Positions 49,556-62,354 of a stretch of 64,000 nucleotides of DNA are shown here, one piece after another. Under the pieces are notes generated by a model. It was not told the origin of the DNA. It did not search any database and saw nothing but the letters and a program-made list of their open reading frames with translations. How positions within the stretch are numbered: position 1 is the first letter of the stretch; each line of letters opens with the position of its first letter. This stretch comes from Candidatus Zhuqueibacterota bacterium (GTDB taxonomy: Bacteria; Zhuqueibacterota; Zhuqueibacteria; Thermofontimicrobiales; Thermofontimicrobiaceae), in the NCBI GenBank assembly GCA_049322915.1, contig JBMOPW010000020.1, positions 32,001 through 96,000 on the forward strand. The letters are read 5' to 3'. Both the position numbers and the translations under genes were made by a program.

Positions 49556-49594
49556 AGGGAGAAGGTAGATGTTATCTTCTCCCTTTTTATTTTT
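49556..49594 (+). terminator. Intrinsic terminator
   Basis: agggagaaggta / tatcttctccct stem followed by a T-tract. Confidence 0.7.
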
Positions 49595-49691
49595 GGGCAG
49601 AAAAAAAGGCCTCGCGATGAAACTAATTCCCTCCGGCGTAGTTTTGAAATAAAATCATTTTCACAGTGAACATGACCGAAGGGAACATTGC

Positions 49692-50081
49692 ATGGAATTT
49701 TACGAAGACCGCGACGCGATGATGAATGCAGTCCAAACTGCCTATAAAAAGATGCTGGCGCAGGATGACTTTCAGAAAACCGTGGGCAATCTGGGCGCGA
49801 CATTTGGGATGAGCATCACCGATCTCACCATCGATTGGCTGGTGACGTGCCGCGATGGAAAGGTGCTTTGGGAAGAGCGACGCGGAGAAGAGGCCGATCT
49901 GTCGTTTGCTTTTAAAAGCGGGAAGGATTTTTACGAGGCGTTCATGGAGAAACAGTCGCCGATGTATTTCATCATGACCGGAAAGCTGAAAATTTCCGGG
50001 GATATGCAGTTCACGAATAAATTGCTGGAGTTGGCCCGACCGCTGCAGCAGGCGTTTCAGGAAGCCGCTCAGGTGAACTGA
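49692..50081 (+). CDS. SCP2 sterol-binding domain protein
   Basis: EADLSF..SPMYFIMTGKLKISGDM. Confidence 0.75.
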   Translation: MEFYEDRDAMMNAVQTAYKKMLAQDDFQKTVGNLGATFGMSITDLTIDWLVTCRDGKVLWEERRGEEADLSFAFKSGKDFYEAFMEKQSPMYFIMTGKLKISGDMQFTNKLLELARPLQQAFQEAAQVN

Positions 50082-50328
50082 CATCGCGCGTCCTCCCGTC
50101 GAAAGACCGCCCGGGATGATGGGAGTCCCTGACGCCGGAACACAGGTGCGTGACAGGCAGCGCTGTTGGGAACCCTGCAACGGTGAGGGATTGGAGAGCG
50201 GATGGCGCGAGTTCGTGCCGAAATTCCCGAACCGGCAGCGGGAAATTTAGGCTTGATTTTGAACAAATTGTTTCGTATGTTTAACATCATTTTGTGAATT
50301 AGCAACGGTTACCTACGAGGAATTTAGT

Positions 50329-50874
50329 ATGATTATTTCTGATGTGACATTGAACGAGTATTTGAAATCCGGGAAATTGGTGGTTGACCCGCTGGACGAA
50401 ATGCAGGTGCAGCCGGCGTCAATCGATTTGAGACTGGGCAATCACTACCTGAAAATTGCGGAGCATCGAACCGCAATTCTGGATCTGGTGAATAAGCCGG
50501 AGTATGATGAGATCATTCAAAATGAGGTGGTCATTCCGCCCCATTCGTTTTTGCTGGCCACGACGAAAGAGTACGTGAAGCTGCCGGATGACCTGACAGC
50601 ATTCGTCGAGGGCCGAAGCTCCATCGGCCGGCTGGGACTGTTCATCCAGAACTCCGGCTGGGTCGATCCGGGTTTTGAAGGCGAGATCACCATTGAGTTA
50701 TTCAATGCCAATATTCTACCCATTAAATTGATATCCGGCGTGCGAATCTGCCAACTGGTCTTTGCCCAGTTGGATAAGCGGGCTGCCAAACCATACCGCG
50801 GAAAATATCAGGGACAGCGCAAGGCGACCGGCAGCCGCGTGGTCGAGGATAGCGACATCAAATTGCTCTTCTGA
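50329..50874 (+). CDS. dcd: dCTP deaminase
   Basis: QPASIDLRLG, EGRSSIGRLGL, VDPGFEGEITIE, YRGKYQGQ. Confidence 0.95.
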   Translation: MIISDVTLNEYLKSGKLVVDPLDEMQVQPASIDLRLGNHYLKIAEHRTAILDLVNKPEYDEIIQNEVVIPPHSFLLATTKEYVKLPDDLTAFVEGRSSIGRLGLFIQNSGWVDPGFEGEITIELFNANILPIKLISGVRICQLVFAQLDKRAAKPYRGKYQGQRKATGSRVVEDSDIKLLF

Positions 50875-50965
50875 CAAACCAGGCGTTGGCGCCGGCTATT
50901 TCGATTCCCGCCGGAATGCGCGCGCCGGATGAATGCAGTGAGGACAAAATCAAAGGAGAAAGACG

Positions 50966-51394
50966 ATGGATTACATTTTTCCGAAAATGACCATGCTGAT
51001 CGTTGTCGGTATAATGATGATTCTGGGGGGCCTGTTCATCATGTCGCTGGCCAGAGCCGGGGCGATGAGCATCAAGGCGCAGCAAGTTGTCCTCAAAGTA
51101 CCGATGTACAAAGAAAAGAGAATCCCGGCCAGCCAGGTGAAAGAAGCGCGGATTGTGGAATTGAAAAAAGGCAGCGACTATTACCCGGTCGCCAAGAAAT
51201 CCGGCTCGGCGGTCAGAAATTTCCGCAGCGGCTGGTTCAAACTCAGGAACAAAGAAAAAGCCTTCCTGCTCGTTGAAGGCAAGCAGGCTATTTACCTGAA
51301 AACCCAGGCCGGCGATGTGTTTATGATTGGCATCAACGACTTCGATCGGCTGGTGGAGGTGTATCGTCATGAAATTGGCCAGTTAGCCAGGTAA
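50966..51394 (+). CDS. Membrane-anchored bacterial PH-domain protein
   Basis: One TM helix; SGWFKLRNKEKAFL motif. Confidence 0.65.
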   Translation: MDYIFPKMTMLIVVGIMMILGGLFIMSLARAGAMSIKAQQVVLKVPMYKEKRIPASQVKEARIVELKKGSDYYPVAKKSGSAVRNFRSGWFKLRNKEKAFLLVEGKQAIYLKTQAGDVFMIGINDFDRLVEVYRHEIGQLAR

Positions 51395-51421
51395 TCACTC
51401 ACTCATCTTTTCAATCGCGAT

Positions 51422-52084
51422 ATGGAAAATAAATCGACTCTACAGTATCTCCTGCCGATCGTCAGCCTCCTGTTCATCCTGGCTGCGTTTGTGGCGCTCG
51501 TCTATTATGCACCGACGGAACAGACCATGGGACTGGTTCAGAAAATATTCTACTTTCATGTGGCCACCGCGTGGATTGGCTTTTTCGCGTTCGGCGTGGT
51601 CTTTGTCCTGAGCATCCTTTTTCTGTGGAAGAAAGACAGCGCCTATGATGACTGGGCCTACAGCGCCGGAGAAATCGGGGTGATCTTCACGTCGCTGGTG
51701 CTGGTCACCGGCCCGCTCTGGGCCAAGCCCATCTGGAATACGTACTGGACGTGGGATCCGCGCCTCACCACAACATTGATTCTGTGGCTGATTTACATCG
51801 GCTATTTGATGTTGCGGAGCATGATCAATTCGCCGGAAAAGGCAGCCCGCATTTCCGCTGTGTACGGCATCATCGGTTTCGTGGACGTACCGATTGTGTT
51901 TCTGTCCATCAGCCTGTGGCGCACCCAGCATCCGTCGCGGCTGACAGAGGTTGATCCGCGCATGACCCACGTGCTGATGCTGAGCCTGTTGGCGTTTTCA
52001 CTGCTGTTCTTCAGCTTGCTGCTCGTCCGGGCGAACATCGAGAAACTGAGAAAAGAAATTGATGTGTTGAAACGAACCATGTAA
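51422..52084 (+). CDS. ccmC: Heme exporter CcmC
   Basis: IFYFHV, WAKPIWNTYWTWDPRLT (WWD domain), WRTQHP. Confidence 0.9.
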   Translation: MENKSTLQYLLPIVSLLFILAAFVALVYYAPTEQTMGLVQKIFYFHVATAWIGFFAFGVVFVLSILFLWKKDSAYDDWAYSAGEIGVIFTSLVLVTGPLWAKPIWNTYWTWDPRLTTTLILWLIYIGYLMLRSMINSPEKAARISAVYGIIGFVDVPIVFLSISLWRTQHPSRLTEVDPRMTHVLMLSLLAFSLLFFSLLLVRANIEKLRKEIDVLKRTM

Positions 52085-52105
52085 CCGCTGATTTGGGAAT
52101 TCATT

Positions 52106-52255
52106 ATGAGCAAATTATTTTATTTCGTCGTCGCCTATTCCATCCTCTGGATTGTTCTGTTCGGCTATGTGCTGAATCTGATGAAAAAACAGAGCGAGGT
52201 CAAAAAAGAGCTGGATCGGCTGAAGCAGGAATTGATCAGGGAGAATCGCGATTGA
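52106..52255 (+). CDS. ccmD: CcmD-like small membrane protein (49 aa; not in the ORF track)
   Basis: MSKLFYFVVAYSILWIVLFGYVLNLMKKQSEVKKELDRLKQELIRENRD directly after ccmC. Confidence 0.75.
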   Translation: MSKLFYFVVAYSILWIVLFGYVLNLMKKQSEVKKELDRLKQELIRENRD

Positions 52256-52458
52256 TGCGAGGCTATCGCCTGACCGGATTTTTTAGCATCTTAATGAAAA
52301 ATATAGATATGGATTGGCAAGAATATCAGAAGACAACTGCATCTTTTTTTGCAGCGTTCAATCCATCCTAATTTCCCACACAGGTCTGATTGCGATGTGG
52401 GAATTTTTTTTAGATCAAGGCACTTTTACTTTGGGAAATTGAGGAGCTATTTTATACA

Positions 52459-53817
52459 ATGCAGGAAAAACGCCTGGAGCGAATGAGCTCCGAAAAAATG
52501 ATGCCGCTCATTCTGTCATTTTCACTGCCCTCCATCGTATCCATGTCCGCCATGGCCATGTACAACATTGTGGATACGATTTTCGTCGGGCTTCTGGGGA
52601 CCGAGGCCATCGCCGGTTTGACCCTGATGATCCCGTTGAATATGCTGCTGCTGGCGTTCAGCCTGTTAATCGGGGTTGGCGCCACATCGTACATTTCAAG
52701 AGCCCTTGGCGCGAAGCAGTACGAGCAGGCGCATCATATTTTTTCCAGCGTCACCTTTGCCGCGTCGCTCGTGGGCCTGATTTTGATGGGACTGGCACTG
52801 GTGTTTTTGAGGGACATCCTGGAGTTCATCGGCAGGAACAGCCCGGCTATCAAACAGGCATACGACTTTGGATTTGTGCTCAGTTTCTCAATCCCGGTCG
52901 TGATGCTCACCATCACGCTCAATCAATGCGCCCGCGCAGAGGGCAATCCCAATATTTCGATGACGTCGCTGCTGGTCGGCACGGCGGTCAATATCATTCT
53001 GGACCCGATTTTCATCTTCGGTTTGAATTGGGGCATAAAAGGCGCGGCGCTGGCCACGGACATCGCCAATGTCATTTCGCTGGTGATTGTGCTTTCGTAC
53101 TTCATCGGCCCGAAAAGCCACTTGCAGTTTCGACTCAGGCTCATCAAGCCCACCGGCTTGATTCTGAAAGAATTGGGCAAAGCCGGGCTTCCGTCATTCA
53201 CCAGTCATATCGCCGCCAGCTTCGTCATTGCGCTGACCAACAGCATGTTAGCCGGCTACGGCGCGTTCGCTCTGGCGATCATGGGCATCAATAATCGGCT
53301 GATCATGTTGTTCTTCATGCCGATGATCGGCACCGGTCAGGGATTTATGCCCATCGCAGGGTATAATTACGGCGCGAAAAATTTCGAGCGGGTGAAAGAG
53401 GCGTTCTGGAAAGCGGTCATTCTGGTGACCGGCATCTGCACCTTTGGCTGGATTTTAATTCAACTCTTCCCGGAGCTGTTCATTCGGGTATTTTCCACAG
53501 ACCCGATTGTCATTGAGCAGGGCCGGTCTTCGCTGCATATCATCAATCTGATGTTGCCGTTGGTGGGTTTTCAGATCATCGGCGCGACGCTCTATCAGGC
53601 AATGGGCGAGGGACTGGCGGGCTTCATTCTCTCGATCACGCGGCAGGTGCTTGTCTTTCTGCCTCTGGTGATTGTCTTCCGCGCGCTGTTCGGACTGAAG
53701 GGCATTTTCTTCGCGATTCCCACGGCGGATCTGCTGGCAGGATTGATCATATTTTTCTGGCTGCGCTCGACGTTCAAAGGTCAGAAGTTGCAGCCGGCAA
53801 CCGTGAATGTGAACTAA
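52459..53817 (+). CDS. MATE family efflux transporter
   Basis: YNIVDTIFVG, NIILDPIFIF..GIKGAALAT, GYNYGAKN. Confidence 0.92.
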   Translation: MQEKRLERMSSEKMMPLILSFSLPSIVSMSAMAMYNIVDTIFVGLLGTEAIAGLTLMIPLNMLLLAFSLLIGVGATSYISRALGAKQYEQAHHIFSSVTFAASLVGLILMGLALVFLRDILEFIGRNSPAIKQAYDFGFVLSFSIPVVMLTITLNQCARAEGNPNISMTSLLVGTAVNIILDPIFIFGLNWGIKGAALATDIANVISLVIVLSYFIGPKSHLQFRLRLIKPTGLILKELGKAGLPSFTSHIAASFVIALTNSMLAGYGAFALAIMGINNRLIMLFFMPMIGTGQGFMPIAGYNYGAKNFERVKEAFWKAVILVTGICTFGWILIQLFPELFIRVFSTDPIVIEQGRSSLHIINLMLPLVGFQIIGATLYQAMGEGLAGFILSITRQVLVFLPLVIVFRALFGLKGIFFAIPTADLLAGLIIFFWLRSTFKGQKLQPATVNVN

Positions 53818-53866
53818 CGCGCTGATATCAGACCAGTGGAGCTGATGGCGCAGTCGGTCACATCGG

Positions 53867-54844
53867 CTATTTTCGGGCGACGACGACTGTTTCGCAGGCC
53901 AATTCGGTGAGCGCGGCATTCCAGCCGTTTCGATGGAACCATTGCTGCACATCGGCCATTGGCCAGCCGAGGCGGAGATGGTTTCTTCCCTCCTCGTGAT
54001 GAACGCCCTGCAAAATTTCCTGGCCGGCATCGTTGATATCAGCGAGGATGATCACCCCGTTTTCGCTGCACACTCGAGCCATTTCGGACAGCACCAGTTC
54101 CGGCTGTGGCAGGTGATGAATCATGTTCACGCTCATCACGGCAGCGAACGACTGGTCCGGGAATTCCAACTTTTTCGCGTCCCCCCTAATGAACTCGATT
54201 TTATCATCCAATTGAAAATAGATGGCATTGAGTCGGGCGTAATAGATTTCATCGGGTGACTCGTCCACTGAGGTGCACGATCTGCCGGAGCGGGCAATGG
54301 CCATTGCCATGTGCCCTTTGCCAGTCCCCACATCCAGAATTTTCCCGTCGTCCGGCACTCCGTTGAGCATCTGAACAATCTGTTCCCGATGAAGGGGCAT
54401 GTCATAGCCTAAATCGCGGTAGCGGTTGATTCGTGCTGAATATTTTTTGAAATTATCCTTCACCAGAAAGTCCGCGACAGCCCCGCGCAGACCGTTCACG
54501 CCGAGCATGGAACAATGCTGCTTGTTTTCCGGGATGCCGCCCAATTGTTTTATCACATCGTCGTCAGTGATTTTGATGGCGTCTTTCAGATGCTTGCCAA
54601 TAGCCAACTCCGAGACAACGCTGGTGGTGGCGATGGCGCCGCCGCAGCCAAAGACCTTGTATTTGAAATCGACGACCACTTCGTCCTTCACGCGAATCCA
54701 CACTTTGATGAAATCCCCGCAGGAGGGATCTCCGACTTTGGCGTAGCCGTCCGCATCGGAGATCTCGCCGATGTTGCGCGGATGGATGAAATGGTCGATG
54801 AAATTCTGAGTTAAAGGGTCTGTGAGGTTTGAATCATACGTCAT
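53867..54844 (-). CDS. IscU/NifU-N scaffold fused to a class I SAM methyltransferase
   Basis: PRNIG, PSCGD, FGCGGAIA, QHCS; then LDVGTGKG, GDAKKLEFPD, EMARV. Confidence 0.85.
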   Translation of the reverse strand: MTYDSNLTDPLTQNFIDHFIHPRNIGEISDADGYAKVGDPSCGDFIKVWIRVKDEVVVDFKYKVFGCGGAIATTSVVSELAIGKHLKDAIKITDDDVIKQLGGIPENKQHCSMLGVNGLRGAVADFLVKDNFKKYSARINRYRDLGYDMPLHREQIVQMLNGVPDDGKILDVGTGKGHMAMAIARSGRSCTSVDESPDEIYYARLNAIYFQLDDKIEFIRGDAKKLEFPDQSFAAVMSVNMIHHLPQPELVLSEMARVCSENGVIILADINDAGQEILQGVHHEEGRNHLRLGWPMADVQQWFHRNGWNAALTELACETVVVARK

Positions 54845-55784
54845 ACGTCATGTCCTTCACTATAAAAAAGGTGCCTCGTTCCATTTTTTTCGAAGCGATG
54901 CGCTGGTTGCGCAGCAGCGTTTCAAGATATTTATTGATCTCATTGATATGAAGCCCCAGCGTTTCCGAAAGGTCTTCCAGCGTACAGGGACGGCGTCGGA
55001 TCATTTCCAGAATTCCGCTTTCGATGTCCTCGTGATACGACTGAATGGCGCGCCGGTCCTTAACCTTGGCGATGATTTCTGTCTGCCAGTCCAGAAATGC
55101 GGCGATCTCTTCCAGTTGCAATCGCGTCGCCGGCTGCACCCAATCTTCCGTGCCCGGGCGATCCAGTGAATTCAACTGCACGAGATCGGGTTTTATGAAA
55201 TGGATTTTCTCTTTTAAATGGTGCAAATGCTCCGGCTGATCATTCACCCCGGGGCAGATGAACACTTCCAGATGAAACGCGCCTTTGTAGATTTCTCTGA
55301 AATCGGCCAGTCCCTGGATGATGGACGCCAGATCAATCCGGAAATGGGGCCGGTTGATCGCTTTGAAAGCCGATCCCTCCACAGCGTCTAGCGAGGGGAG
55401 AACGATATCGACCGGCAGTATCTCCTGGTGCACGCGCGGATCGCCCATCAATGAGCCATTGGTGAGCAGCGCCAGCTTGTACTGCGGGTAATTGACTTTG
55501 ATGAACTGGACAATCTCTCCCAGACCGATGTGCAGGGTGGGTTCGCCGGAGCCGGAAAAGGTGATAAAATCCAGCTTCGGGTGTGACCCGAGGAACTCGC
55601 GCAATTCGTCGACCACTTCGCGCGTCGGAACGTATTCCGCCCGCCTGTCCGTGAGATGGGTGGTGCGGCCACATTCGCAGTAGACGCAATCGTAGGAGCA
55701 CGTTTTATAGGGTATCAAATCGATGCCCAGCGAAATGCCCAGTCGCCGCGACGGCACCGGACCGAACAGATATTTATAATTCAT
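54834..55784 (-). CDS. Radical SAM protein with C-terminal HTH-like segment
   Basis: GPVPSRRLGISLG, CSYDCVYC, FSGSGEPTL, LLTNGS. Confidence 0.9.
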   Translation of the reverse strand: MNYKYLFGPVPSRRLGISLGIDLIPYKTCSYDCVYCECGRTTHLTDRRAEYVPTREVVDELREFLGSHPKLDFITFSGSGEPTLHIGLGEIVQFIKVNYPQYKLALLTNGSLMGDPRVHQEILPVDIVLPSLDAVEGSAFKAINRPHFRIDLASIIQGLADFREIYKGAFHLEVFICPGVNDQPEHLHHLKEKIHFIKPDLVQLNSLDRPGTEDWVQPATRLQLEEIAAFLDWQTEIIAKVKDRRAIQSYHEDIESGILEMIRRRPCTLEDLSETLGLHINEINKYLETLLRNQRIASKKMERGTFFIVKDMTYDV

Positions 55785-55955
55785 ACTCGCTCTTTTCGTT
55801 ACAGGTTTAATCGTGATTTGCCCCTCAAAGGACAGGCCGATCCTCGGAAATTAGGTCTATTCCAACCGTCCTGGTTTCTGGTTGTCCGGAGAAAATAGGG
55901 TTGGAATATACTAAAAAAAAAGTACGGGCGCAAGGGATTCATTGGTTAAATTTTA

Positions 55956-56860
55956 CCCAACCAGGACGAGCCGGAACCAAAAAAGAAATAGAACGCTGAT
56001 GACGCGGATGACGCGGATCTTCGCGGATTCTTTATAGGGGGAAATCGGTGTCATCAGTGCGGTACGTCCGCCGTTTGTTTGGTGGATTATCCGTGTTCTA
56101 TTAAAAAAAGGGAACTACTCAGGTTCCAGGTTTAAAGGTTCCATGTTCAGGGTTAAAAAGTATTTTCGTCGCTATTCAGGCATGTCGTCTCGCCGCGAAA
56201 TCACGAAGCCACAACGTTGCACGAAGATGTCATTTTATTCATTCTGATTTTGTGATATTCATTTTTTTTAAAACCACGCTCAGCTTTTCTGAATCGATAA
56301 TTCAGCCTGCATTATTCATCGTATTTTTAGAGGAGGCTGGCTAACCTGAATGGTGCTCTTTTTAGAATAAACGTATAAAAACTGAGTTTCAAAATAGCTT
56401 AGCCTTTAGCTAATTGAAAATTTGAATGTTGACTCAAATTCTGAGCAAGTTCATGAATAATTCAGGATAGATGTATTTTTTTCTTCGCGCCTTTGAGACT
56501 TTGTGGCTGTGCAGTTACAAAAAAGTATTAAAATTTTCTGCCCAAAAAGGTCAGAAAATTATTTGTCAGATACTAAAATTATAGCAAAGTCAACTTCCAA
56601 ACAAGACATAGAACACGGATAACCCGCCAAAAAGATGGCGGACGTTCCGCACGGATTATGTCGAAGATGCATCCTTCGATGCATGTACACGGATTTGAAT
56701 TTTAAACATTGCTGTTGTCTAATAATCCATTCAGAGTGACAATGATAATTCTAAAAAAAAATTTAAACGCAAAGACGCAGATATCGCTGAGAGCCGCAGA
56801 CATAAATTTTGTTTTTTGCTTTTCTCTGCGGCCTCCTCGTTAAGAAAGTGTGTAACTATT
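55956..56860. mobile_element. Cluster of nested short palindromic/MITE-like elements
   Basis: Palindrome 55987-56102; element 56111-56518 flanked by AAAAAAG direct repeats; inner element 56306-56466; partial elements 56609-56697 and 56765-56840. Confidence 0.65.
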
Positions 56861-57108
56861 CAAGCAAGTATTCCTGCCGCAATGCGTCTCTCGGACGGGT
56901 CGAAAGCGATCTCGAATCAGGCTGATCCCCGAAAAAAACTGGCGCACTTATCGCAGCGCCCCGGCCTGTGGAACTTTTACCGGGGTTTTCGATTCAATTG
57001 TTAGTTTGTACCGGTGGCTGAAGCGCCGGGCATGTACCCGGACAGGCGCTTTTCATTGAAGCAAATTATCCCGGCAATACCTGCGGATCACGCGTTCATA
57101 AAATTTAA

Positions 57109-57663
<555 letters not shown>

Positions 57664-57727
57664 TGCCCAATGCCCGGCCGTTGCTGTTTGTCCCGCTGTA
57701 TCGACGGGAGGGGTCAGGAAAAAAATC

Positions 57728-57756
57728 TTGACTTTTAACAGAATATTTGATATTTT
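57728..57756 (+). promoter_or_regulatory. Sigma70-type promoter for radA
   Basis: TTGACT-17-TATTTT with TG extension. Confidence 0.5.
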
Positions 57757-57777
57757 AAGTTTTTAAAATTAAAGCAA

Positions 57778-60302
<2,525 letters not shown>

Positions 60303-60448
60303 TTGGGCTGAGGTTTACTATCATAATTCTCATTCAGATTTTATTTGAAAAAGCGCGTGAGCCAAAAACGAATTGGAGGGAGGTTCACGCGAATAGTGTT
60401 CAATTCGAACACGTGAACAATAATCAATTCTAACAGGAGGTTTGTACC

Positions 60449-60778
60449 GTGCAATTATTTTCTATTATGTTACACATGGGGAACCAAGCGGCCGGCGGCA
60501 GCGCCAGTAGTCAACTGGGATTGTTTCTTCCCATGATTCTCATTTTCGTTATCATGTATTTTCTCATTTTCAGGCCCCAGGCCAAGAAGCAGAAGGAACA
60601 GCGAAAGATGATTGAAGCCCTGAAAAAAGGGGATAAGATCATCACGATTGGCGGGATGTATGGACAGGTAGTTGGGTTGAAAGAGAAAGAAGGGACGATT
60701 CTTGTGAAGATAGCTGAAAACACCAAAATCGAATTGGTGCGTTCATCTGTCGCGAGAATCATAGGTTCAGAGGAGTAA
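60449..60778 (+). CDS. yajC: Preprotein translocase subunit YajC
   Basis: YFLIFRPQ, LKKGDKIITIGGMYG; follows tgt. Confidence 0.93.
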   Translation: MQLFSIMLHMGNQAAGGSASSQLGLFLPMILIFVIMYFLIFRPQAKKQKEQRKMIEALKKGDKIITIGGMYGQVVGLKEKEGTILVKIAENTKIELVRSSVARIIGSEE

Positions 60779-61308
60779 TGGACAGTTTACGAGTTATCAA
60801 ATATGGCAATCCCATTTTGCGGCTGAAAGCCACGAAAGTCGAAACGATCGATGATTCCGTCAAACAACTCATCACGGAGATGATAGAAATGATGCGGTTG
60901 GAGGAAGGCATCGGTCTGGCTGCGCCTCAGGTGGCGCAGTCGATTTCGCTTCTTGTGGTCGACGAAAGTCTCATTTCAGAGGAGGGCAAGCCATCGGCGT
61001 ACATCAATCCGGAAATACTGGCTTCTGAAGGCGAGTCGGTTTTCGAGGAAGGCTGTCTCAGTATTCCCGGAATACGGGAAGAAGTGAAACGACCGGAAAA
61101 AATTACAGTGCGCTACACGAATGCCGATGGCGAAGTCATTGAACGGCAGATTGATGGTCTGCTGGCGCGGGTGCTGCAACATGAAATCGATCATCTCAAT
61201 GGCGTGCTGTTCATCGACCGCATCAGTTCGTTGAAGAAACAACTGCTGCGACGGCAGCTCAAAGAAATTCTGGATGAAGAAGAGGCCGTGATGAAGGAAG
61301 TCGCCTGA
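60778..61308 (+). CDS. def: Peptide deformylase
   Basis: GIGLAAPQ, EGCLS, QHEIDHL. Confidence 0.96.
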   Translation: MDSLRVIKYGNPILRLKATKVETIDDSVKQLITEMIEMMRLEEGIGLAAPQVAQSISLLVVDESLISEEGKPSAYINPEILASEGESVFEEGCLSIPGIREEVKRPEKITVRYTNADGEVIERQIDGLLARVLQHEIDHLNGVLFIDRISSLKKQLLRRQLKEILDEEEAVMKEVA

Positions 61309-61370
61309 TGCGGTTGTAAAAGGTGCATCACAACTGACAGGACGTGTCGTGTTCAGAATAGAGTAGACGC

Positions 61371-62300
61371 ATGAAAATTGTGTTTTTAGGGACGCCGGAA
61401 TTTGCCATTCCCAGCCTGGAAATGCTGTGGAAGAGCAGCCATCAGGTTGTTGCGGTCGTCACCGGCCCGGACAAGCCGGTCGGTCGCGGCCGAAAGTTGG
61501 CGCCGACGCCGGTGAAAATGACCGCCGAGGCCCTGGGGATACCGGCGCTCACCCCGGCGAAATTCAGCGATTCGGATTTTGTAGCGCAACTGAAGCAATA
61601 CAACGCCGATCTATTTGTGGTGGTGGCTTTTCGCATTTTGCCTGAAGCTATATTCGGCATGCCACCCAAAGGCACAATCAATTTACATTCGTCTCTGCTG
61701 CCCAAATATCGCGGCGCAGCCCCCATTAACTGGGCAGTCATCAACGGGGAGAGGGAGACCGGCGTCACCACGTTTTTCATCGAAGAACAGGTTGACACCG
61801 GCGAATGGATTTTGCAGGAAAAAACAGGCATCGGAGCGAGCGAGACAGCCGGGGATTTGCATGATCGGTTGAGTATCCTTGGCGCGCGCGTTCTGCTGGA
61901 GACAGTCGATCGCATCGCTGCCGGAAACGCGCCGCGAATCAGGCAGGTGGGTGATGTGACCCGGGCGCCTAAAATTACAAAAGAGATTTGCGCCATCAAC
62001 TGGTCCGAAGACTGCCTTTCGATTTACAATAAAATCCGGGGGCTATCGCCCTACCCGCGCGCCTACACCCATTTTATGGGGCAGGAATTTAAGCTCTGCA
62101 CCTCATCGATTGAATCGCAGGAGGCTGTACCAGGCGTTGTTCCGGGCGAAATTCTCAATGTCGACAAGCAGAAGTTCACCGTGGCGACCGGCAGAGGCGT
62201 GCTGGCAATTACTGAAGTGCAGCCGGAAAATAAGCGGCGGATGACGTCGGCGGAATATCTGCGCGGCAATCCGGTGCAGGTTGGTCAGCGATTCGGGTAG
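61371..62300 (+). CDS. fmt: Methionyl-tRNA formyltransferase
   Basis: FLGTPEF, NLHSSLLPKYRGAAPI. Confidence 0.96.
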   Translation: MKIVFLGTPEFAIPSLEMLWKSSHQVVAVVTGPDKPVGRGRKLAPTPVKMTAEALGIPALTPAKFSDSDFVAQLKQYNADLFVVVAFRILPEAIFGMPPKGTINLHSSLLPKYRGAAPINWAVINGERETGVTTFFIEEQVDTGEWILQEKTGIGASETAGDLHDRLSILGARVLLETVDRIAAGNAPRIRQVGDVTRAPKITKEICAINWSEDCLSIYNKIRGLSPYPRAYTHFMGQEFKLCTSSIESQEAVPGVVPGEILNVDKQKFTVATGRGVLAITEVQPENKRRMTSAEYLRGNPVQVGQRFG

Positions 62301-62354
62301 AGGCGAATCAGAGCATTGGCAAAAAACGACGACAAATTATTCTGAGAGGGAAAA

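Noticed and set aside
50085..50250. ncRNA between the SCP2 gene and dcd
   Set aside because: GC-rich with a gtc-gaaa-gac hairpin, but no recognisable family features
55790..55910. Riboswitch upstream of the radical SAM gene
   Set aside because: A tattccaacc / ggttggaata stem exists, but I could not match any aptamer consensus; an Rfam scan would decide
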